DNA of 64,000 nt from Mobula hypostoma (taxonomy: Eukaryota). The position numbers and the translations under genes were made by a program. How positions within the stretch are numbered: the first letter of the stretch is position 1; the number at the start of each line of letters is the position of its first letter. Of the stretch, positions 50,034-61,389 are shown one piece after another. The notes beneath the pieces were generated by a model, which saw only the letters and a list, made by a program, of their open reading frames with translations, was not told the DNA's origin and did no database searches. The DNA is taken from positions 94,614,001-94,678,000 of the forward strand of contig NC_086107.1 of assembly GCF_963921235.1 (NCBI RefSeq), written 5' to 3'.

Positions 50034-51008
50034 TGAGACGAGAATACACATAAATTAAGATGTTTGCTGGCCTGGGCTAGCACCAGTGGCATCAGCAGTG
50101 GTCTGCCACCTGTCCTCAGGGGAGGGAGAGATAAGGAACACAATGAAGCAGCATTTGGAGATGTTAATGAAGGAGCCATCAGTCTGGGTGTTGTCAAGAT
50201 CGGCTCCCCCTTTGAACCCTGAACTGTTTGAAGTGATGGACAGGCGATTTGGAGATGTGTAATGAAGGGACGGGAGAGAGAGCTGTCTGGAGCGGCTCCC
50301 CCTTTGAACCCTGAACTGTTTGAAGTGATGGACAGGCGATACCGCAGCAGGGGTATAAAAAGGGACAGGTTCGCTAAGGCAGGACACACACGACACCCGA
50401 GGTAACGAGACCCTGGAAGCGGTGCGCCTCTCACAAGTCGGTGGGAAGCTCTTGGACGGCTGATCGGGGGATCACCCTTAGACGCACAGGGTGGAAAGGT
50501 ACGATCAGCGGGAACCCGGTGTGTGTTCGCCCTTGCTTGGGTGCCAGGTTCACTGCAGAGGATCGACCGCATCTGGAGGAGGGGTCACAGTCGGTGACCC
50601 CAGGTGACATCACAAAGGACTCGCCTGAAAGCTGCTTGTGAGCAATATCGCCGGTCTGTGAGTGGAAGCCGTTTTTGAATGATCATTCGTTCTTGTTCTC
50701 TCTCTCCTTCCCCCCACATTGTCCATCACCATGGCAACAATTACTGTGAACTGAACTAAATTGAACTGGACTTTGTGTCACTTTGAAATTGGTCATTTAA
50801 CCCTAGACAACGATAGAGCTCGGTTGATCCTGTTATCTTAATTCTGTGCACATGTGTGGTTATCATTGCTGAACTGTTGCATTTATTATCCTCTTGATTA
50901 CTGTGTTGCTTGTTTCTTTAATAAAACTTTCTTAGATCTAGTAATCCAGACTCCAACTGAGTGATCCATTTCTGCTGGTTTGGCAACCCAGTTACGGGGT
51001 ACATAACA
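50034..51008 (+). mobile_element. Solo LTR of the same Gypsy family, in the intron after the ATG exon
   Basis: TG…CA ends and 4-bp TSD gtaa (50030-50033, 51009-51012). Colinear with 33241-34095, with an internal duplication; TATAAAA near 50354 and AATAAA at 50920. Confidence 0.9.
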
Positions 51009-51692
51009 GTAACTATACTCATTTGCTTCGAAGAAGCCCCGACCCACGTGACAGATTACCATAATAAACGCACCACAAAATATGATACTGACGGAAAATA
51101 GATACATGGTTCCTACACAAACCATGGTAGACCTTTGTTATTTGACCTGGATACTTTTGCTTTGACTAACCTATCCAGATGAAGTCAACAGACTGAACCC
51201 CCGGTATAGTCCATTTGAGGTTACCTCACCATCCATCCCACTCTGGAATGGTTTTTGGTTCCTTGACCATGTTGGAGTACAAACTCCATTGAGAAGCTCC
51301 AGTCAAGAGTCACTTTCTTGAACAGAGTGGGTTGATTAGTTCCGTCAGTGGGAGAGTCTCGGATCCGAAGGCACAGCTTTAGAATAAAGGGCTGTGTCTT
51401 TAGAGCAGAGATGAGGAGGAATTTCTTCAGTCCAAGGGTGAAGTTCATTGTCTTCACCTCTGGCTGAAGAAATTCAGGCACGAAATCTCTGTAGTTCATT
51501 GCCTCAGAAAGGCAGTAGAGGCCAAGTCATTGGGTGCAGAGATTGATTGGTACTTGATCTGTAATGAGGAGAAGGATTACAGGGAGAAAGTGGGAGAATG
51601 GAGTTGGTGGGAAAAAAAAATCAGTCATGAGTAAATGGCGGAGCAGATGTGATGGGCTGGCTGGCCTGTTTTTGCTCCTATCTCTGGTCTAA

Positions 51693-51914
<222 letters not shown>

Positions 51915-53577
51915 TAGACTGGGTCGTACATCAGGAAACTGGCCCCTTCCCTCTCCATGTGGTTCCCATTGTCACTGACACAAAAAATTCTGTAGATGCC
52001 CGAAGTCTTGAGCATTACACACAAAATGCTGGAGGAACTCAGCACGTCAGACAACATCTATGGATGGGAGTTAACAGTCAACATTTCAGTAATGATGAAG
52101 GGTTCCAGCCCAAAGCGTCGTCTGTTAATTCCCCTCCATAGATGCTGCCTGATTTGCAAAGTTCCTTCAGTGTTTTGTGCGTGTTGCTCAGTAGTATTGA
52201 GGGTCAGAGAACGTGGCAGCAAGGGAAGGGGATGTGGGAGAGGTGACTGGTTCAGGACTCTGACAGCAGTGGGGAAGAAGCTGCTCTTGAGTTTGGTCGT
52301 GCAGGCTTTCAAACTCCTGGAAGGTAGAAGAGTGAAAAGAGAATGGCAGGCAGCTTTGGCGATACTGTTGGTCTTCCTAAAGCAACGCACCATGAAAGTG
52401 GACTGGATGGAAGGATGTGACATGAATGAGTTGTGGGAACTTTAACATCAATTACATTTGTAGAAGACACCAGGAAGGCTGCACTTAATGGCAACATCAT
52501 CCAATCACCTCCATTCTGGCCAGTCATGGTCGGTCAGACTCGGTGAACTGGGTGGACAGCATGGTCGACATGGACTCAATGGGCCGAAGGGCCTATGTCA
52601 GTGCTGTATTGCTCTATGAGCTCTGCTGTAGGTGAACAAGGCCGAATCTTTGCACAGAATTTATATGTAACTGTTCTCCACTCGTTCACTGTTCTTCAGA
52701 AATTACCCCAGTGTTAATGGAAGAAGTTGCTGTCAGTTTCTGGGTTTTTCTCACCGAGTAAATTGATGTTGTTTCCTTCACAACATTCAGTCCCCACCCA
52801 GTCGAGTATGATGTTTTTTCTAAGGGTGGGTCCTGGGTGGTTATAGAAGCTGATCTGATATCGATATATTTTCCCCTTAACTGAGAGCACCTGTCTGTGA
52901 CTTTGTTTAACGTGGGGAGGCTGATGCACGGGCAGCTCCTTGACAGATCAGGGTCAGGGAACAGTGGCATGGAGTGCAAGGTGTCTGGGGACCCTACACT
53001 GCTGTTGTGATGTGTCATCATCTCCCACCAGATCCACCACTGAGGGCTTGGTTGGATTGTTGTTTGTCTGGAACATCCCCCTGACCTTTCACCGCCTTGG
53101 GTGACCCTACCCGGAGCTAAACTCCAAACAGCATTACTCTCAGGGTCTCAGGGTCCACATGCCACGACAAGGTGACGGCCCTCGGAGAAGATGCCCACGT
53201 CCATCTGTTAACGTCACCATTGAGTCCTCTCAGAGAGGAAAAGCCCGTGGATAAGTCTTGTACAGTCACACACACAGAATGCTGGAGGAGCACAGCAGAT
53301 TTGGCAGCATCTGTGGAAGGAAATGAACAGTCGATATTTCAGGACAAGGCCCTCGAGTATAGATGGAGGGTCTCGGCCTGAAATGTCAATTGTTTATTTC
53401 CTTCAACAGATGCTGCCTGACTTGCTGAGCACCTCCAGCATTTTTGTGTGTATTCCTCAGGGTTTCCAGCATATGCAGAACCACTAGTGTCTCCATCATA
53501 ATTACAATTGGTTGAATGGTCCACTGGTTCCGTAATTACCAGTAAGTGCCAAAGGGAGGCTTCAAGATTCCCGAGGT

Positions 53578-54203
53578 AAAGACAAGACAACGGTTATATT
53601 TCATTAAGAGTTTGAAGAGATTTGGTTTGTCAACTAAAACACTCAAAAACTTCTATAGATGTATCGTGGAGAGCATTCTGACAGGCTGCATCACCGTCTG
53701 GTGTGGCAGGGGGAGGTTGGGGGTCCCTATTGCACAGGGGGCTACCGAAAGAAGCTACAGAGGGTTGTAAATTTAGTCGGCTCCATCTTGGATACTAGTC
53801 TCCGTAGTATCCAAGACATCTTCAAGGAGCAGTGCCTCAGAAAGGTGATATCTGTTATTAAGGAACCCCATCACTCAGAACATGCCCTCTTCTCATTGTT
53901 ACCATCAGGAAGGAGGTACAGAAGCCTGAAGACACAAACTCAGCGATTCAGGACCAGCTTCTTCCCCTCTGACATCCAATTTCTAAATGGACATTGAACC
54001 CAAGAACACTACCTCATTAAAAAAAAATCATTATTTCTGTTTCTGCACAATGTTTAATCTGTTCAATATACATATATATACTAACAGTAATCTATTTATT
54101 TATTTTCCTCTTTCTATATTATCACGTATTGCATTGAACTGCTGCTGCTGAGTTAACAAATTTCGCGACACATGCTGGTGATAATAAACCTGATTCTGAT
54201 TCA
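53578..54203 (+). mobile_element. Rex/Babar-type LINE 3' fragment; similar copy at ~56895-57260
   Basis: RQRLYFIKSLKRFGL…NFYRCIVESILTGCITVW and LFSLLPSGRRYRSLK…SFFP peptides; (attctg)n tail. Confidence 0.8.
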
Positions 54204-54519
54204 GATACATATTGGAAGTGTGGGTTCAGCTGAGGTATTTAAATCCTTGGCCTCGGTGGTACGATAGTGGTTAAGACAGTAGGCTAGCAGCAGAGTGGCA
54301 GAGCATTGATCAAGTGTGGCACAGTACGAGGTGCCTCCTCCCAGCTCCAGAGACACCGGCCCCGACCTCAGGTGCTATCTGTGTGGAGTTTCCTCCCACA
54401 TCCCAAAGACGTGGAGGGTATTGCTTTAGTTGGCCACTGCAAGTGTGTGCACGTGTGGGTTATAATTTGGGGGGAGTTGATGGGGGGGGGGAATAAAATG
54501 AGGCCGGTGTAAACAGGTG

Positions 54520-54930
54520 GTAATGAGAAGACTGAGGTCCTTCCCCAAAGAGTCTTTGTAGTGGCTGCACCCTTCAGCATGGACCCCTGCAGCCTGGACT
54601 GTGCCCGTCGGTAGCAGACCAGCAAGTTTTGGGACGATCGAAGGGCACCTTTCACCGAGCTGATGGCCTTCCAGCAGCACCTGACGTTTGTCTCCGTGTG
54701 CGTCCCCGTAGATCAGAGAGTCCCCTGCTGGGGATGAACCGAACGTAGATCCTTGTATTCTTCTCCACACCCACTTAGCAAATCCCCAGTCTGCAAAGAG
54801 GTGGGTGGCCATTTCTCCCACCGCAGCCAGCGTGCATTGGGAATGAAATTCCGACTGTATAGGAAGGATCTGACTGGCAGAAACCCTCTCACCACAAGCC
54901 CACCGATGTGTTGGTGAATTCTGGCAAAGA
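54520..54930 (-). mobile_element. Tx1-like (L1 clade) ORF2 C-terminal fragment
   Basis: Minus peptides THLFADWGFAKWVWRR…DSLIYG and SVKGALRSSQNLLV…QSRLQ…GAATTKTLWGRTSV resemble the Tx1 zinc-knuckle/C-terminal region (recall). Confidence 0.6.
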
Positions 54931-56437
54931 GATGCTCTTATGATTTTATTTACTTTATTTAGAGATACACTGCAGAATAGTTCCTCCAGCCCTTCAAACT
55001 GCACTGCTTAGCAACCCCAACAACCCTGATTTAACCCTGACCTAATCATGGGATAATTTACAATGACCAAATTAACCTATCCGGTATGTCTTTAGACTGT
55101 GGGAGGAAACCGGAGGTCCTGGAGCAAACCCACACATTCGACGGGGAGGATCCAGGTACAGAGACTCATGCAAAACCAGGATTGAGCTCTGAAATCCAAC
55201 GTGCCGAGATGTAACACGAACCACTGCGCCCTGACAGTCTGCTTAGGGAACCACCCCGCAGTCTCCATCGAATCCTTGTCTCACAGTGTCTGTAGGCCAG
55301 TCAGACAAGGACACCGGTTTCAAAAAATATGGTTGTTATTCGAGGCTCTTGTGGGATCTAGGTGTGTTAAAGCCATTGCACACTAAACTGAGACTGAAGC
55401 GGTAGGGGGAGGAACACAAAACCTAAAACTTTCAGTCCAGAAATTTGAACCAAAAACTTATCATACTCGGCATCTGTGGTCCAAAGTAGGATTTGTTATC
55501 AAGGTATGTATATGTTAACGTAAGCTACCTTGAGGTTCATTTTTTGGAGGCATTTACAGGAAAAATAATGAAATACAATAGAATTTCCCAAAAACTATAC
55601 ATAACTAAAGACTGATAAACAACCAATGTGCGAAAGAAGACAAACCATACAAAATAAAAACATAAATGGTTAAGAGTCCTTGAAAGTGAGTTTGTAGGTC
55701 ATAGATCAGATCAGAGAATGGAACTGACTCTCAATCTACTGAACTGAATTAGAAGAGAGTTAGTCTTTCAGATTGATGACCTTTTGCGTGAGGAACTAGG
55801 CAGGTCTACAGAGAGCAATAAACATACAACACAGAACAGTACAGCACAGGAACAGATCCTTCGGCTCACAATGCTGTACAGAACCAACTAAACTGACCAG
55901 CTAAACTAATCCCTTCTGCCTACACAATGTCCATATCCTTCCATTTCCCTCAGATACACGTGTCTAAACAACTCTTAAAAGTCTCTGCCTGAATCACCGC
56001 CCCAGGCAGTGCATTCCAGGCACCCACCACTGGGTGTTTTTAAAAAAAATTGTCCCCCATCTTCTTTGAAATTATCCCATCTCACTTTAAATGCATGTCC
56101 TCTGGTATTAGACATTTCAACATTGGGAAAAAGAAATTGTCTGTACACTTTATCTAAGCCCCTCAGCTTCCACTGCTCCAGAGAAAATAACCCAATTTTG
56201 TCTAACTTCTTGTTAACCCCTTTATCAGGACATTTTCATTCTACCAGAAACATTTTGTGTGCGTGTGTGTGTTGCTCTGGATTTCCAGCATCTGCAGAAT
56301 CCCTTGTGTCTGAATGTGGAGAGGGAGGGAGGGAGGGAGGGAGAAAGTGAACTAAAGGGTGGGTATGTGATGAGGGTGGGGTGAGAAGGTGTGAAACAGA
56401 TTGATTGTATACCCAGCCTGTCTGTCATACTCACCAG

Positions 56438-56673
56438 GTCCTATGTACGGTACTCTGTTGAAGGCGTGGCACGCCTTCCTTACCTCTGCAGACCGCCTGA
56501 GTGAACTGCATGTGGGGATCCACAAATCCCTGCTGACCGAGGACACGAGCAGGATTCGGAAGTGGCAGAAGGAGACGTACCACAAGAAGTTCTTCGGGGG
56601 CTTCAAGGAGACTCACGAGGTGGAACACGGCTTCCGAAAGGCACAGAAGCCCTGGACAAAGAAACTGAAAAAG
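56438..56673 (+). CDS. PACSIN: PACSIN-family coding exon 3, F-BAR with wedge loop ([25 protein letters not shown]...[37 protein letters not shown])
   Basis: caccag acceptor and AAG|gtacgt donor; 236 nt, phase-compatible with the previous exon (157+236=393). Contains the PACSIN hallmarks GGFKE and GFRKAQKPW (ORF 56401..56727). Confidence 0.95.
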
Positions 56674-58557
56674 GTACGTTGTCACTCGATGGTTAGAAAG
56701 GTTGTGGGGGTCTGCACCGTGCAATAGATGTAGGGTGTGCCTCCTGCTGTACTCACTATAAAACTGCCATCTACAATGCACGTATCCGGTGTCCTCTGTG
56801 AAACGGAAAATTGGTTTAATATTGTCACATGTAAGGCTTTGAACAGACAAAGTATTATAAACAGTTTTGGGCCCCTTATCTCCTGGCACTATAAAACTTC
56901 TCAAAATACACTCAAAAACTTCTATAGATGTACTGTGGAGAGCCTTCTGACAGGCTGCATCACTGTCTGGTATTGGGGTGGGGGGGGAGGCCACTGCACA
57001 GGACCGAAAGAAGTTGCAGAGGGTTGTAAATTTTAGTCGGCTCCATCTTGGGTACTAGCCTACAAAGTACCCAGGACATCTTCAGGGAGCGGCATCTCAG
57101 AAAGGCAGCATCCTTTATGAAGGACCCCCAGCACCCAGGGCATGTCCTTTTCTCACTGTTACCATCAGGAAGGAGGCGCAGAAGCCTGAAGGCACACACT
57201 CAGCGATTCAAGAACAGCTTCTTTCCCTCTGCCATCTGATTCCTAAATGGATATTGAACTCTTGTATCCTCTACCCGCCTCATACCCTGTAATCCAGGCA
57301 ACATCCTCTGGTCCTAGACTTCCCCACTATAGGAAACATCCACTGTAGCTAGGCCTTTCAATATTTGATTGCTTTTTATGTGATCCTCCCCTCATTCTTC
57401 TAAACTCCAGTGAGTACAGATATTAAATATTGACTTCCATTTAGAACAGAGCTGAGGAGGAATTTCTTTAGCCAGGGGGTGGTGAATCTGTGGAATTCAT
57501 TGCCACAAATAGCTGTGGAGCTCAAATCATTGGATATATTTAAAGTGGAGTTTAATATGCTCTCGATTAGTCAGGGCATGAAAGGATACGGGGAGAAGGC
57601 AGGAGACTGGGGCTGAGAGGGAAATGGATCTGCCATGATGAAATGGCCGAACGGCCTGATCCTGTTCTTATATCTTACGGTATTCTGTACCAAGGAACAG
57701 TGAAAACTTGCCTTGCACTCTGTCCATTTAGATCTATCCAAAATGTACGGCTAACCACTACGATACTGTGGTGCCCTGATTATGTCCCCCGTGCAAGTTG
57801 AATCTGACCCCCTTTGTTCAAAGAAAATTTATTATCAAAGTACATATATGTTACCATATGCTACCCTCGTGTTTTCTTGAGCAGAGCAAATAAATACAAT
57901 AGGAACAATGAAAAACTACACACAAAGACTGACAAACAACTAACGGGCGAAAGAAGGCGGGCTGTGCAAATACTAAAGAGAAAAAAATAATAAATAATAC
58001 TGAGAACATGAGCTGTAGAGTCCTTGAAAGTGAGTCAAGTTATACACTGTGGAATCAGTTGGGTGTTGAGCTGAGTGAAGTTATTCTCGCCGGTTCAGGA
58101 GCCTGATGATTGAGGGGTAATAACTGTTCTCAACCTGGTGGTGTGGATCCTGAGGCTCCTGTATCTCCTCCTCGATGGCAGCAGAGGGATGAGGGTACGG
58201 CCTGGACGGTGGAGGTCCTCAATGATGGATGCTCCTTTCTTGTGGTGGCGCTCCTTGGTGGGGTGGGCGTTCCCTGTAATGGACTGAGCTGTATTCATCA
58301 CTTTCTGTAGACTTCTCTGTTCTTGTACATTGGTGTTTCTATCTCTAATTGTGGAAGGAGATAACAGACAGGTTTTCTGTGCTCTGCACAAATGTCTCCC
58401 CACTGTCTCTCCAGCAGTTAACGATGATCTGATTTTTCCCTAGGGTCAGAGTTAATCCCCCAACTTGCACAGACTTCTTCATTTGCGTAGCTTCAGCAGG
58501 ATGTGTGTCCAGCTGGATGGTCCTAACCTTGCACCTCCCTCTCCCCCTTGTCCACAG

Positions 58558-58713
58558 GCAGGAAAGCTGAAGAAAGTCTACCATGCCAAGCGGAAAAAGG
58601 AACGCGTTGCCGTTCTCCGGGAAACCAACTGCAAAGCAAACCCGGCCTCTTCCTCATGGAAGCAGCAGAAACTCCAGCGGCTGAGAGAAAAACGCAGCCA
58701 GGAGGCAGAAAAG
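58558..58713 (+). CDS. PACSIN: PACSIN-family coding exon 4, F-BAR helices (AGKLKKVYHAKRKKERVAVLRETNCKANPASSSWKQQKLQRLREKRSQEAEK); gene continues past the window
   Basis: Pyrimidine tract + ccacag acceptor and AAG|gtgaat donor; 156 nt, phase 0-0. Aligns to the PACSIN KKxYHA...RExNxKA...KLQ segment. No further PACSIN exon found before 64000. Confidence 0.88.
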
Positions 58714-58760
58714 GTGAATGGGGAAATTCTGTAAATGCATCTCGTACGAATATAGCTGTA

Positions 58761-61370
58761 CACTCGGTGACTGCTCCATTAGATACATGTGTGGAACCCG
58801 CTGTGGTTGTCTGCTGCTGGAGCCCATCCTCTTCAAGGTTCTACACACAAAATGCTGGAGGAACTCAGTAGGCCAAGCAGCATCTATAGAAACCATAGAA
58901 ACTACAGCACAGAAACAGGCCTTTTGGCCCTTTTTGGCTGTGCCGAACCATTTTCTGCCTAGTCCCACTGACCTGCACACGGACCATATCCCTCCAAACA
59001 CCTCCCATCCATGTATCTGTCCAATTTATTCTTAAATGTTAATAAAGAACCCGTATTTACCACCTCATCTGGCAGCTCATTCCATACTCCCACCACTCTC
59101 TGTGTGAAGAAGCCCCCCCTAATGTTCCCTATAAACTTTTCCCCCCTCACCCTTAACCCATGTCCTCTGTTTTTTTTCTCCCCTTGCCTCAGTGGAAAAA
59201 GCCTGCTTGCATTCACTCTATCTATACCCATCATAATTTTATATACCTCTATCAAATCTCCCCTCATTCTTCTACACTCCAGGGAATAAAATCCTAACCT
59301 ATTCAACCTTTCTCTGTAACTGAGTTTCTCGAGTTCCAGCAACAGCCTTGTAAACCTTCTGTGCACTCTTTCAACCTTATTTATATCCTTCCTGTAATTT
59401 GGTGACCAAAACTGAACACAATACACCAGATTCGGCCTCACCAACGCCTTATACAACCTCATCATAACATTCCAGCTCTTATACTCAATACTTTGATTAA
59501 TAAAGGCCAATGTACTAAAAGCTCTCTTTACGACCCTATCTACTTGTGATGCCACTTTTAGGGAATTTTGTATCTGTATTCCCAGATCCCTCTGTTCTAC
59601 TGCACTCCTCAGTGCCTTACCATTAACCCTGTATGTTCTACCTTGGTTTGTCCTTCCAACGTGCAATACCTCACACTTGTCTGTATTAAACTCCATCTGC
59701 CATTTTTCAGCCCATTTTTCCAGCTGGTCCAAGTCCCTCTGCAGGCTCTGAAAACCTTCCTCACTGTCTACTACACCTCCAATCTTTGTATCATCAGCAA
59801 ATTTGCTGATCGAATTTACCACATTATCATCCAGATCATTGATCTAGATGACAAATAACAATGGACCCAGCACTGATCCCTGTGGCACACCACTAGTCAC
59901 AGGCCTCCACTTGGAGAAGCAATTCTCTACTACCACTCTTTGGTTTCTTCCATTGAGCCAATGTCTAATCCAATTTACCACCTCTCCATGTATACCTAGC
60001 GACTGAATTTTCCTAACTAACCTCCCATGCGGGACCTTGTCAAAGGCCTTACTGAAATCCATGTAGACAATATCCACTGCCTTCCCTTCATCCACTTTCC
60101 TGGTAACCTCCTCGAAAAACTCCCAATAGATTGGTCAAACATGACCTACCACGCACAAAGCCATGTTGACTCTCCCTAATAAGTCCCTGTCTATCCAAAT
60201 GCTTGTAGATTCTGTCTCTTAGTACTCCCTCCAATAACTTACCTACTACCGATGTTAAACTCACCGGCCTATAATTCCCCGGATTACTTTTCGATCCTTT
60301 TTTAAACAACGGAACAACATGAGCCACTCTCCAATCCTCCGGCACCTCACCCGTAGACAGCGACATTTTAAATATTTCTGCCAGGGGCCCCGCAATTTCA
60401 ACACTAGTCAATGTTTTGGGCCCATCATCAGGACTCAGCTCAAAATGTTGACTGTTTACTCTTTTCCGCAGATGCTGATTGGCCTGCTGAGTTCCTCCAG
60501 CATTTTGTGTGTATTACTTTGACTTCCAGCATCTGCAGCTTTTCTTTTGTTTGCTCTTCAAGGTTCGATGTGTTGTGGGTTCAGAGATGCTCTTCTGCAC
60601 ACCACTATTGCAAACGTGTGGTTATTTGAGTTGTGGGAGGAGCTGAGTAATCAAAGGGAAAAGATGCAAACTCCACACAGACATGGCACTCCAATGGACC
60701 TCCTCAACACCAGAGATTCTGCAGATGCTGGAAATCTTGAACAGCACACACACAAAATGCTGGAGGAACTTTCCTCCCACCTTCTTATCCTGTCGTCCTC
60801 TCCAGGTCTGTTTTATACTCTTAATAGTCATTTATTATCCACCCCCTGTACCTAATAAAGTAGCCTCTGAGTGTATGTTCATGGTCTCCTGCACCTGTAG
60901 CACATCCACTTCAAAGTTCAACGTGTTGTGCATTAAGAGATGTTCTTCTGCACACCACGGTTGTAACGCATGGTTATTTCAGTTACTGTTGTCTTCCTGT
61001 CAGCTTGAAAAAGTCTGGCCATTCTACTCTGAGCTCTGTCATTAACAAGGCATTTTTACCCACAACTATCGCTTACTGGATGTATGTTCATACCATTCTC
61101 TGTAAACTCTTGATGCACGTGCAAATCCCAGGAGAATGGCAGTTTCTGAGTTATTCAAACCACCCTTTCTGGTGCCAACTATCATTTCACAGTCAAATTC
61201 ACTTAGATCACATTTGTTCCCCATTCTAATGTTTAGTCTGAACAACAACTGAACCTCTTGACCATGTCTGCATGCTTTTATGCATTGAGTTGTTGTTGCA
61301 TGATTGGCTGATTAGGCATTTGCATTAACAAGCAGGTGTACAGGCATATCTAATGAAGTTTCCACTGAGT
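58761..61370. mobile_element. Tc1 derivative containing a nested Penelope fold-back (58842-60553, 13-bp TSD), which in turn contains a CR1
   Basis: TA + cactcggtg left end and ccactgagt right end. TSD ctcttcaaggttc at 58829-58841 and 60554-60566. Minus ORF MGNKCDLSEFD…SETAILLGF. Confidence 0.75.
58885..60405 (-). mobile_element. Young 5'-truncated CR1 LINE, RT domain nearly intact
   Basis: ORFs 60088-60411, 59844-60095 and 58959-59822 join into one RT with a single frameshift (~60120) and one stop (59844). Motifs VPEDW, NYRPVSLTS, DFSKAFDKV, GVPQGSVLGP, KFADD. Confidence 0.95.
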
Positions 61371-61389
61371 TATGCAACACTATAAAGTT

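Noticed and set aside
50000..50572. 185-190-aa minus ORFs shared by both LTR copies
   Set aside because: Antisense frames within LTR sequence with non-ATG starts; the shared peptide reflects LTR identity, not coding constraint.
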